This document shows positions 56,265 to 64,000 of a stretch of DNA of 64,000 nt, one piece after another (positions within the stretch are counted from its first letter, which is position 1; each line of letters starts with the position of its first letter). Position numbers and translations under genes: made by a program. The stretch is from contig JBAZWC010000002.1 in assembly GCA_041660565.1 (NCBI GenBank), forward strand, positions 149,520 through 213,519. Direction: 5' to 3'. This stretch comes from Patescibacteria group bacterium (lineage in GTDB: Bacteria; Patescibacteriota; UBA1384; CAJBMM01). Under the pieces are notes generated by a model that saw only the letters and a list, made by a program, of their open reading frames with translations, made no database searches and was not told the origin of the DNA.

Positions 56265-57518
56265 TTACTCGTAGGTTGGGGTGGTTAAGCTAATCGACAT
56301 TAATTGATTGCCAACAGTAAACATCACCCGATCGTCGTTTGGAATAGTAATCAAATTGTCGGGAGAAAAATCAATTCCGCTTGGCTTAGTGTATTGATAA
56401 TCTGTAACCGTGCCGTCAAGCGTCACATTGACCAGTTTTTGTCCGGTTGCGCTTGAAGTAACGGCAATGATCGATTTGCTACTATTCACCCAGGCAATTT
56501 TGGATACGCCGGATAGTTCTACGTTCAATGGTATAACACCACTGCCGTCAGATTTGGCCACCCACAGCAAGTTAGATGTTCCCCCGCTGGAAGTAGTGCC
56601 CGGAGCAACGTAAGCGACGTACTGGCCGTTTGGACTCCATTTTGCCCCTTCAACATCGCCCTCGGTGGTTAGACGGGTCATTTTTTGGGCAAAAATATCG
56701 TAAACATACAAATAGTTGGTTTTGGTCTGGGTGCTGTTTGATTTAAGGAAGATCTGCTGCCCGTCCGGTGACCAGGTAATAGTGGGGTGATCGATGTTGT
56801 CGATGGTCAAATTGTAAACGCGACGCAAGTTAGCGTTTTGGACATCGGACAAGATTAAAGTTTGCTCGCCATTGGTGCCGTAATAGGTGTATGCTGCTTG
56901 AATGGAGCTTGGCGACCACGCAAAATCATCAATATTGGTGCCCCATAAAGTGAGAGTTTGATTTAGTAAATCGTGGCGGGCAAAATCATATAAATACACC
57001 CCGTCTGCCTTTTTCATTAGCGCTACCGCTCCGTCCGGGCGCATTTGCACTTTGGAAATATCGGTGAGGCTGTCTGGAGTAAGCGCTACTACGTTAACGG
57101 CGGTCTGGCCGGTGACGGTTTGAGTGCGGTATAGGGTGTGCCCCAAATTTCCGACAAAATAGACGTCGCTTTTATCTAGCAACTTAGGCGAATTGGTGAC
57201 CGACGCGCTAAGCACTACCGGTGTGGGGATGTTTTTCATTAGCACGGGTAGCACCAGCTTTTGAGCGCGGGTTAAGGTGATTTTTTTCTGATAGGTTACG
57301 TATCCGTCGGCGGTTAGTTTGACCAAATGATCGCCAACCGTGGTAGTGATGGAATGGCTGTGAATAACGGCGTTATCAAAAGTGATCTCGGCGTTGTCCG
57401 GGCTAGATTGAATGATCAGCTTGGGTGAACTTAAGACAAAAGTGTACAACAAAAGCGCTCCGGCCAAAACGGCCAGCGTGGCGATAATTCCGATTAATAA
57501 GGCTTTATGTGCTTTCAT
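56265..57518 (-). CDS. TM + PEGA + TolB-like beta-propeller protein
   Basis: SSPDNAEI..DGY PEGA motif; repeated WSP(D/N)G. Confidence 0.8.
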   Translation of the reverse strand: MKAHKALLIGIIATLAVLAGALLLYTFVLSSPKLIIQSSPDNAEITFDNAVIHSHSITTTVGDHLVKLTADGYVTYQKKITLTRAQKLVLPVLMKNIPTPVVLSASVTNSPKLLDKSDVYFVGNLGHTLYRTQTVTGQTAVNVVALTPDSLTDISKVQMRPDGAVALMKKADGVYLYDFARHDLLNQTLTLWGTNIDDFAWSPSSIQAAYTYYGTNGEQTLILSDVQNANLRRVYNLTIDNIDHPTITWSPDGQQIFLKSNSTQTKTNYLYVYDIFAQKMTRLTTEGDVEGAKWSPNGQYVAYVAPGTTSSGGTSNLLWVAKSDGSGVIPLNVELSGVSKIAWVNSSKSIIAVTSSATGQKLVNVTLDGTVTDYQYTKPSGIDFSPDNLITIPNDDRVMFTVGNQLMSISLTTPTYE

Positions 57519-57525
57519 TCATCTC

Positions 57526-58218
57526 CTACGACCCCGACAATGATGGTAAGGGAGACGCAAAATTATCTCGGGTGCAACCATTCCCTACATATATTGTAGC
57601 ACCAGAAACGTTTAAGTCACCTAGGTCGCCATTGGTTGAATTAATATAGCTTGAGTCGCTGGTGGCGATGTCAAAGTGAAATGGATTGTTACCAAATTCA
57701 CTAAATGCTCCGGTATCTACTATCCGAAACTCAATTCCTTTGCCGTTTAATTTTGCGGCAACACCGGCTTTTTTCTCTAAATCCGGAATATATGCCTTGG
57801 TACCGTATTTGTAAGTATTAGTGCTACCCTTTAATGTCTCCAGGTTGGCGGCCAAGCCTGCGTAATTGCCCTCCTTGGCACTTGAATATTTGCCATTAAG
57901 ATAATCTTCAAGTTTGTGTACTACTACGCCGCGAGCATCATTTACCCCTCCTTCAATGCCGCCTTTGCCAGGAACATAGGTGGTTGCCTCTTTTAGCGTG
58001 ACGGCGTTGCAATCCGGGCCAACGTTGACTGTTCCGCCGGCGACAGTTGAATTGCCGGTTGGTTTATTCCACGTGCCGCTGGGGTTGTAAAAAACAGCAA
58101 AGATCACGCCAAACATGATCAACGGGATAGCAATGGCGGCCACGCCTAAAATAATCATCAGAATTTTGCGTCCGGATTTCTTTGGTGCAGGTTGTTGATT
58201 TTCAGTCTCGTCAGGCAT
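57526..58218 (-). CDS. Membrane-anchored 3D/DPBB-like lytic transglycosylase-like protein
   Basis: ATTY....IEGG, YGTKAYIP, IVDTG, HFDI; start MPDE. Confidence 0.65.
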   Translation of the reverse strand: MPDETENQQPAPKKSGRKILMIILGVAAIAIPLIMFGVIFAVFYNPSGTWNKPTGNSTVAGGTVNVGPDCNAVTLKEATTYVPGKGGIEGGVNDARGVVVHKLEDYLNGKYSSAKEGNYAGLAANLETLKGSTNTYKYGTKAYIPDLEKKAGVAAKLNGKGIEFRIVDTGAFSEFGNNPFHFDIATSDSSYINSTNGDLGDLNVSGATIYVGNGCTRDNFASPLPSLSGS

Positions 58219-58231
58219 ATAAACATCCAAA

Positions 58232-58355
58232 CAATTTTTAATTTTTAATTTTAAATGAAAGGTAGCCAATTTTTAAATGACTAAATAAGGAACCATTTTT
58301 AAAATTTAATCATTCGGTACTTATTCATTTAAAATTTAGCCTTTAAAATTTAAAA
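58232..58355. repeat. AT-rich heptamer inverted repeat
   Basis: aattttta atttttaattttaaatg...tttaaaatttagcctttaaaatttaaaa. Confidence 0.65.
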
Positions 58356-60149
58356 TTATTCTTGTACTTTCTGTTGATCCATAATTTCTTGTGGGTTGGT
58401 GGTGATAATTTGGTGCTCGTTATAACTGGCGATAATCTTAATGGCCACGTGTTCTTGACCGGCAAAGAACAGCCCTTCACCAATGTCTGATTCTAATAGC
58501 AGCATTTTCTCACCGTCGGTTAAGCCAAATATTTGACTGATTTTTTCGATTGATGAGGTGGATTGTTTGAGCAAAATCTGTAATGACGAGTTGGAAACCA
58601 CCGCCTTACCATATTGCCCTTGCAAAAAATCCTCAACGTCTTGGCTGATAATGGTTAATCCTAAGAAATATTTACGCGATCGCTTGGCTAATCCGTACAA
58701 AAATCGCGCCGAATCTTCGTATTGCATCATGGTCCACGCTTCATCCACCACCATAATACGCTTCTTAAAGTTAAGTCTAATTTGAGTCCAAATGTAGTTC
58801 AAAATCACATACATTGCTACCGGTCGTAACTGCTCTTCCAAATCGCGAATGGAAAACACCACAAAGCCCTCACCCAAAGCAAAGTTGGTTGGTTGATTAA
58901 ACAGGCCGGCATAGGTGCCCTCAGTATATTTGGAGAGGCGCTTGGTTAGCGAATCTGTGCCCGAAAGGTTGGCCAGCACCGAGACTAAATCGGACATTAC
59001 CGGCGGCTCGTTAGTTTGAGTTTTTGGATCAACGGTAATATCTTTGATGGCGTAGGTTTCATACAGCGCTTTGTCCAAAATCGAATCTTCCTCGGGAGTT
59101 AAGCCGCCAGTCATCAGTGAAATTAGACCGTGTAAATCGGTGATAGTCGAACGTAAAACATCGTCACCGGTTTGATCGTTGTCGGCGTGCGGTAAATCAA
59201 ACGGGTTAATGCGTTTTTCGGAATTCAGGCTAACCTCAAGATAACTGCCTCCTACTGCATCACACAGTGCTTTGTACTCGTTTTCCGGATCAACAATAAT
59301 GATGTCGGTGCCTAGCATTAGGCTGCGCAGCACCTCTAACTTGACCACGTATGATTTTCCGGCGCCCGCCTTGGCAAAGACCACCGAGTTGGCGTTTTCC
59401 AACTTAAACCGATCAAATAAAATTAACGAATTATTGTGACGGTTAACGCCATACAAAATGCCTTCGTTGCTGGTCAGTGTGGCGGTGGTAAAGGGGAAGG
59501 TGGTGGAAAGCGAACCGGTGTCTAGGTTGCGGGTGATGTTTAGTTGATCGTTGTGCAAGGGCAGTGAGGCGTTAAAACCCTGCTCCATCTGATAAAGCGC
59601 CTGTTTGGTGTAAATTAACATTCCGCCAAGCACCGATTCCAGCTGTCTGGTGATGGTTTTCAAATCTTCGCGTGATTTAGCGTAAATAGTGAAATATAAC
59701 GCGTAGTGAAATAGGCGAGATTCGCCTTTTTGTAACACATCGCGCAACTCTTCGATATCACCCACCGCTGTTTCTAATTCGGGATCTCGCACCATCCCTT
59801 TTTCCTGTTTGATGGTGACGGACGATGAAAGTTGCCCCAACTCTTTTTTAAGATCGGTCATTACATCTTTGGTATCAAGCGGATAAATGAACATCGAAAT
59901 GTCCATTGGGATATCGTAGTCAATGATGTTAGCCAGCCAGTTAGTCTCCAAATAACGCGGGTAAGTGTAGGTGAACAGGGTTTTGACAAACTGTTCGCCC
60001 AGTTGAATATCGTTTGGCGACACTACAAAAACCGACGGCGCAATAATATCTAGCACGCTCGCCATGCCCTCGGTAAAGACTTGCTGGGCATTGTTTTGAG
60101 CCGCAACTGCTTGCTTGTCTAGTTTAATTGGGTTTGGCGTGTCGGTCAT
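58356..60149 (-). CDS. virB4: VirB4-like T4SS ATPase
   Basis: YPRYL, GILYG.N, NANSVVFAKAGAGKSY, VDPENEY, INPFD, VVDEAW, RKY, SQDVEDF. Confidence 0.9.
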   Translation of the reverse strand: MTDTPNPIKLDKQAVAAQNNAQQVFTEGMASVLDIIAPSVFVVSPNDIQLGEQFVKTLFTYTYPRYLETNWLANIIDYDIPMDISMFIYPLDTKDVMTDLKKELGQLSSSVTIKQEKGMVRDPELETAVGDIEELRDVLQKGESRLFHYALYFTIYAKSREDLKTITRQLESVLGGMLIYTKQALYQMEQGFNASLPLHNDQLNITRNLDTGSLSTTFPFTTATLTSNEGILYGVNRHNNSLILFDRFKLENANSVVFAKAGAGKSYVVKLEVLRSLMLGTDIIIVDPENEYKALCDAVGGSYLEVSLNSEKRINPFDLPHADNDQTGDDVLRSTITDLHGLISLMTGGLTPEEDSILDKALYETYAIKDITVDPKTQTNEPPVMSDLVSVLANLSGTDSLTKRLSKYTEGTYAGLFNQPTNFALGEGFVVFSIRDLEEQLRPVAMYVILNYIWTQIRLNFKKRIMVVDEAWTMMQYEDSARFLYGLAKRSRKYFLGLTIISQDVEDFLQGQYGKAVVSNSSLQILLKQSTSSIEKISQIFGLTDGEKMLLLESDIGEGLFFAGQEHVAIKIIASYNEHQIITTNPQEIMDQQKVQE

Positions 60150-60835
60150 GTTGTCTTGTTTTCAGTTGATATTATATTTTCGGTTAACTCGGTTGGTTGC
60201 TCAACACGCTCAGATGCGGCAATGTCAAAGTTATAAGTGTTATAAAGCGATCGAATGATACCATCGGAGTCTAAAACAGTAGTCTTCAATCCAAAAGATG
60301 CCAAGCCGCTGGCAACCACGTTGGCTCGCTGCATCAACTCTTCGCGATGAATGTTAAATTGTGATTCGCTAATTTTTAAGTAAGATGGCGCTTTGCTCTT
60401 AAACAATCCGGCAAAAAGTGATTTGCTGTCCTGCACCACCGGCGAATACGAAATCACCACAAAAAATTTTTTATCCATAATGTTAGCCACCGTAATTAGC
60501 TCGCGCACATAGGCGACGTAATCGGTAGTCTGAGTTTTAATCAGCTCATTTTTCTGCCCCACGGTAGTAGATTCAAGCTGTTTTAAGTACGGCTCCAAAT
60601 CTAACGAACGTGATTGCATTACAATCTGAATTGAGTAATTAAGAGAGTTCAAAAAGTTTTGATAGGCCATTATGAGGGCGTTTTGTTCTTGCTCAGATTT
60701 CAACATAAAGTTGGTTGAGCCAACAGAAATTATGGCACGATAAGATCCATCGTGCATAATTACTACCCCGTTTTCAACTCCAACCAGAGGAAGGTGAGAC
60801 TGGGTGCTGGCCGGTTTGGCAGTTTTTTCTGCCAT
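60146..60835 (-). CDS. VirB4-associated (TraC/VirB4 N-terminal-like) protein
   Basis: STQ..L, NF.LKSEQEQ, FLNSL..IQI, KKFFVVI; overlaps the virB4 start. Confidence 0.75.
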   Translation of the reverse strand: MAEKTAKPASTQSHLPLVGVENGVVIMHDGSYRAIISVGSTNFMLKSEQEQNALIMAYQNFLNSLNYSIQIVMQSRSLDLEPYLKQLESTTVGQKNELIKTQTTDYVAYVRELITVANIMDKKFFVVISYSPVVQDSKSLFAGLFKSKAPSYLKISESQFNIHREELMQRANVVASGLASFGLKTTVLDSDGIIRSLYNTYNFDIAASERVEQPTELTENIISTENKTT

Positions 60836-60920
60836 TACAAAACCCCTCCTGATTTAAGGATAACACAATTATTTAATCTTTGTAATTTTCCTTTTAATCG
60901 TGTCGAGGGCGGTCAAAATA

Positions 60921-60990
60921 AAAAAGCACTAAGCACTAAATTCTAAATCCGAAATAAATTCAAATTGTAAATTGTAAATTTCAAATTCGG
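60921..60990. repeat. Heptamer tandem repeat
   Basis: aagcact aagcact aaattct aaatccg aaat...aaattgt aaattgt aaatttc. Confidence 0.75.
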
Positions 60991-60991
60991 T

Positions 60992-62404
60992 CTATATCGG
61001 CACGTATTCCGTGACCCAGGTGATAATCAGCGCTACCATTTGTATAATCGCTTTTTGAATATACTTAGCCATTAATTTTAGCGCATTACCGATAGTGTTA
61101 TTGAGAGCCGTATTAACTGCGTCAGAATTTATTGTATTCCCCTGTGATGTAAATAAACCTTTTTTTGTATCAATTTGGCATCCCCCGGTAGCTTGTGTCA
61201 TAGCAATTGTGCCGAAATCTAAATCCGCAGTTGTAGTGGTGCTTTCTTGGGCTGATGTAATGGTTAAGCTTTTCTTTCCTTCGAAATTATCACTCCCAAC
61301 GGCTTTGCAGGCGTAAAGAAACACGGTTTGTCCTTGCGGAACATAATTTAATTGTATCGCTTCAGTACCGGACCCTGGCCAGGAAATGGTAGCGTTATTA
61401 TCCTCGCCTTCTAATTGAGGTTGGGATGGGACATCGACATGAAAGGTGACTCGTCCATCAGCGATGTCAGGGATACTGGCTTTGATGTTAAACTTTGCCA
61501 AATGACCACTAAGAAACTGATATCCTGGCGAATTATCACCGTTTATTCCATAGTCGCCCATCCAAACGAGTGGGGTATCGCCAGATAGCGCAGTCCATAT
61601 CCCACCAAATGAAGGAAGTGTTGCGTAAATATTCCAGTAATTCGGGCCAGCGGCTGCAACACATCCCGAACTTGAACAAAACGCATAAGCGTCACGTCTA
61701 ACTGGGCTCCCTCCTGACACTGCATTTCCTAATGCGGTGTAACTTGTGATGTGTACAACGCCAATGAATGCATAAGCGGTGTCTGCTTTTGAATATCGGT
61801 AAAGTGTTTTATAGGTGCGTGGGTCAAGAAAATATGGGTCAAGATCTTGATAACCACTATCTGACGCGTGGATTAGTATCAAGTGGGATGCGTCAATAAC
61901 ATCAGTCGAATGGTTGTTGATGTAGTTTGATAAATCAGATTGATATGGGTCGCTTAGATTGCTGGTTTTCTGGGTTGCCTGACCATTAGAGTCAAGAAAA
62001 TACAAACCATACTTAATTGAAGTTGGCGTTGTAGTCGACAGTATTATTCCGATATTAGTATTGGATAATTGGTAAATCGGCCCCGAGAAAGTACCCCCAC
62101 TATTATTGTCAGCAGGGATACTCGATGTTTTACCAGTATTTTGAAATTGTGCGGTCGATTCGGTAACATTACCATTAACCGTTGAAAGATATCTGTCTGT
62201 GATTGTGTTTTGCCCGTTGCTGTAATAAAAGTAATGGCTGAAAACATTAGTGCCAGATGGGGTTGGAATATTTGGCGTGTCGGCGCGGGCGGAGAGCTGA
62301 TAAATTGTGTATCCAACCACAGCCAAGATCACCAAAACCACGCCCACATTGACGTAGTCAATCGAGCGCTTTGTTAGCCATTTTCTTAAAACTTTTTGGC
62401 GCAT
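60992..62404 (-). CDS. Membrane-anchored secreted hypothetical protein
   Basis: N-terminal TM/signal (ARA), Ser/Thr/Tyr-rich beta region, hydrophobic C-terminal helix. Confidence 0.65.
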   Translation of the reverse strand: MRQKVLRKWLTKRSIDYVNVGVVLVILAVVGYTIYQLSARADTPNIPTPSGTNVFSHYFYYSNGQNTITDRYLSTVNGNVTESTAQFQNTGKTSSIPADNNSGGTFSGPIYQLSNTNIGIILSTTTPTSIKYGLYFLDSNGQATQKTSNLSDPYQSDLSNYINNHSTDVIDASHLILIHASDSGYQDLDPYFLDPRTYKTLYRYSKADTAYAFIGVVHITSYTALGNAVSGGSPVRRDAYAFCSSSGCVAAAGPNYWNIYATLPSFGGIWTALSGDTPLVWMGDYGINGDNSPGYQFLSGHLAKFNIKASIPDIADGRVTFHVDVPSQPQLEGEDNNATISWPGSGTEAIQLNYVPQGQTVFLYACKAVGSDNFEGKKSLTITSAQESTTTTADLDFGTIAMTQATGGCQIDTKKGLFTSQGNTINSDAVNTALNNTIGNALKLMAKYIQKAIIQMVALIITWVTEYVPI

Positions 62405-62450
62405 TATCTTTAGCTTAAGACAAAGCGTCATTAGTTGCAATAAAATGCGA

Positions 62451-62484
62451 AGACCGCCGTATGGAAACGTCCACGCGGCGGTCT
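62451..62484. terminator. Hairpin terminator after the GC-rich orphan
   Basis: agaccgccg tatgga aacg tcca cg cggcggtct. Confidence 0.6.
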
Positions 62485-62501
62485 ATTAGGCGGATGATAC
62501 T

Positions 62502-63041
62502 TCATGATTGTTCGTATCGCCGATCGACGACCTTGTTTGTCGCTGGATCAACGATTATATACAGCACCTCAAGCACGGTGTGCGGGTCAGCGGTGCGATA
62601 TACGTCATATGGTACCCACACAAGCCCGCCGACCACCTTGGAGTCCTGGGTTCTCGAGCGCCCACTGAACTTATCCAGTCCGAACTTGGATGTGCCGCCG
62701 GTCAGGAAATCGGATGGGCTGAGCAATGCAAGCGACTTAGCGAACTCGGACGACATGTACTGAGTCGCGGCGTCGAAGGCAGCGGTGTCGGCGTCGCCCC
62801 ACCTGACGTTGTTCATCATCGTGATGGCGGCTTGAATTGCTGGGAAGTACTGGCTGTTCGATCCGACCGGCTGGTCGAAAACGACTTGATTGGTCGTTGA
62901 TGGTGCAGTTGTCGTGCGTGGCATGAACATTACTGCTAGCACAAGCAACACCGCACCGATGCTGATCCCGCCGGCGGCTTGAAAGACCACGGGCGGAATG
63001 CGGGAGCTGCTGACGCTCCCATGAGGATGTGCGACGGACAT
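62502..63041 (-). CDS. GC-rich single-TM protein, possibly NTF2-like extracellular domain
   Basis: SD AGGAGA; TM, Thr linker, helices then beta strands. Confidence 0.55.
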   Translation of the reverse strand: MSVAHPHGSVSSSRIPPVVFQAAGGISIGAVLLVLAVMFMPRTTTAPSTTNQVVFDQPVGSNSQYFPAIQAAITMMNNVRWGDADTAAFDAATQYMSSEFAKSLALLSPSDFLTGGTSKFGLDKFSGRSRTQDSKVVGGLVWVPYDVYRTADPHTVLEVLYIIVDPATNKVVDRRYEQS

Positions 63042-63168
63042 TGTAGTTTCTCCTACCCACGCGAAGTGGGTCTGGTATGGGCGGTTAAGCCCGAAGTTGT
63101 GAATGGGGCACGTAGTGAAGCCCCTCGATTGATATATTAACTATACACTATTACGCTTGATTTGTCAA
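63042..63168 (-). promoter_or_regulatory. Promoter and three-hairpin 5' leader
   Basis: TTGACA-17-TATAGT; hairpins GGGGC/GCCCC, GGGC/GCCC, ACCCAC/GTGGGT before the SD. Confidence 0.6.
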
Positions 63169-63201
63169 TCACGCACATAGTATGATGAGCGTGAGAATAG
63201 C

Positions 63202-63789
63202 TTATTGATCTCCATAATTTGGATCGAGCTCGAGTGCGTGCTGATGGGCGGTTGCGGCAATATCAGCATTATTTTTGGCTTTTGCGACAGTTTCTAAAAG
63301 TGCCCAACCATCGCGAAACTGGGGCCAAACAGTGGTTAAATTCTGAGCACAAACCAACGCCAGTTCTGGTTGATTCTGGTTATAAATATTTTGGCAGACG
63401 GCCAGGGCTGTTGGGGGAGTTAGGGCGGTTAGGGATTTTTGACTGGTTTGATCAAATAAATCAATCATTTTGGTATTACCTTGATCAATATAGAATTGGC
63501 GCAGGGTCAGCACGTCTTTTTGTCCATCTCGCGCCGTTTTTATCAAGCTGATGGCTTTAGCGTCACTCATTTTGATCAGGCGAAGTTTTTGATAATCGGT
63601 GATCGCTTGGGAATAGTTACCATTTGAGAGCGCGTTGTTGCCCGCTTTCATAATTTCACGGTAGGCGTGATTTTTTAACGGCTGCACGGCCAGAATTAGC
63701 ATTAAAACCATGGTCCAATAAAAAACCGACCAACGTTTTTTGGTGGAGGTGGTTTTTTTAATTAGGGATTTTAGGGAGATTAGGGTCAT
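63202..63789 (-). CDS. TM + TPR-like protein
   Basis: GNYSQAITDY, PQFRDGW, ALELDPN. Confidence 0.7.
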   Translation of the reverse strand: MTLISLKSLIKKTTSTKKRWSVFYWTMVLMLILAVQPLKNHAYREIMKAGNNALSNGNYSQAITDYQKLRLIKMSDAKAISLIKTARDGQKDVLTLRQFYIDQGNTKMIDLFDQTSQKSLTALTPPTALAVCQNIYNQNQPELALVCAQNLTTVWPQFRDGWALLETVAKAKNNADIAATAHQHALELDPNYGDQ

Positions 63790-63849
63790 AAGGGTAATTG
63801 GGGGTTCTTATGTTCCCCCAATATCCCCAATCACCCCAATGTCCCCAAT
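63763..63849. repeat. G-rich/C-rich nonamer inverted tandem repeat
   Basis: ttagggatt ttagggaga ttagggtca taagggtaa ttggggg ... cccaatcaccccaatgtccccaat. Confidence 0.8.
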
Positions 63850-63857
63850 TGGTCCTA

Positions 63858-64000
63858 TTATTCTGGCCACTTGGCCGATATAAGCATTGGTTCGGTGACC
63901 AATTTTTGCTTACTCAGTTCTTGCCAGATTGCTTCGGTCACAAACGGCATAAACGGATGAATTAGTTTTAATGACGTGGTTAGCGTGGTCAATAACGCGA
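63858..64000 (-). CDS. valS: Valyl-tRNA synthetase, 3' end
   Basis: Manual translation ...LKLIHPFMPFVTEAIWQEL...LISAKWPE*. Confidence 0.8.
   Translation of the reverse strand, partial: ALLTTLTTSLKLIHPFMPFVTEAIWQELSKQKLVTEPMLISAKWPE

Noticed and set aside
58356-60835. Conjugative element or ICE
   Set aside because: No relaxase, integrase or att sites are visible; composition matches the host
1951-63551. Numerous short opposite-strand or nested ORFs in the ORF track
   Set aside because: They overlap well-supported genes and show no motifs or translation signals
63763-63802. TTAGGG as telomeric or eukaryotic sequence
   Set aside because: The period is 9 nt, units are degenerate, and the same family is dispersed among bacterial genes
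63858-64000. valS truncated (no C-terminal coiled-coil arm) as a pseudogene
   Set aside because: Clean stop after the WP motif; short forms exist, and most of the gene is outside the window
1-64000. Alternative genetic code (UGA=Gly)
   Set aside because: Core genes are full length in code 11, and TGA acts as a stop in ATGA overlaps

Overview
Chromosomal window from a Patescibacteria (CPR)-type bacterium using standard code 11; the taxonomic call is inferred from gene content. It spans the replication origin. From left to right it holds: a ~19.5 kb surface-glycosylation cluster (GT2, GT4, GT-C, GtrA, two O-antigen-ligase-like genes, methyltransferases); an anchored glycoside hydrolase; PilB/GspE; an array of five VirB2/TrbC-like pilins behind hsp20-galU-SBP; comF; a tRNA-rich accessory region (Ser-GCT, Arg-GCG, Ser-TGA, Ser-CGA) with nucleotide house-cleaning genes; yidC-yidD-rnpA-rpmH; dnaA-oriC-dnaN-recF-dciA; a VirB4-centred T4SS-like cluster with several cell-wall-hydrolase-like genes and a 1933-aa giant protein; and the 3' end of valS. 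No rRNA, CRISPR array, integrase or transposase was seen. The most striking observations are: (1) the giant protein looks like an M15/LAS peptidase domain split by a ~1600-aa insert; (2) a small GIY-YIG nuclease overlaps tRNA-Ser(CGA), encodes that tRNA's promoter and is preceded by a palindrome-interrupted tRNA half; (3) three gene insertions are each bounded by a direct repeat of a host promoter; (4) a 102-bp tRNA-Ser trailer repeat folds into a CCA-ended Ser minihelix; (5) an orphan gene has a DGR-variable-region-like 3' end; (6) abundant palindromic and 7/9-nt tandem repeats occur, some translated inside genes. All protein calls are by motif recognition only; no searches were run.
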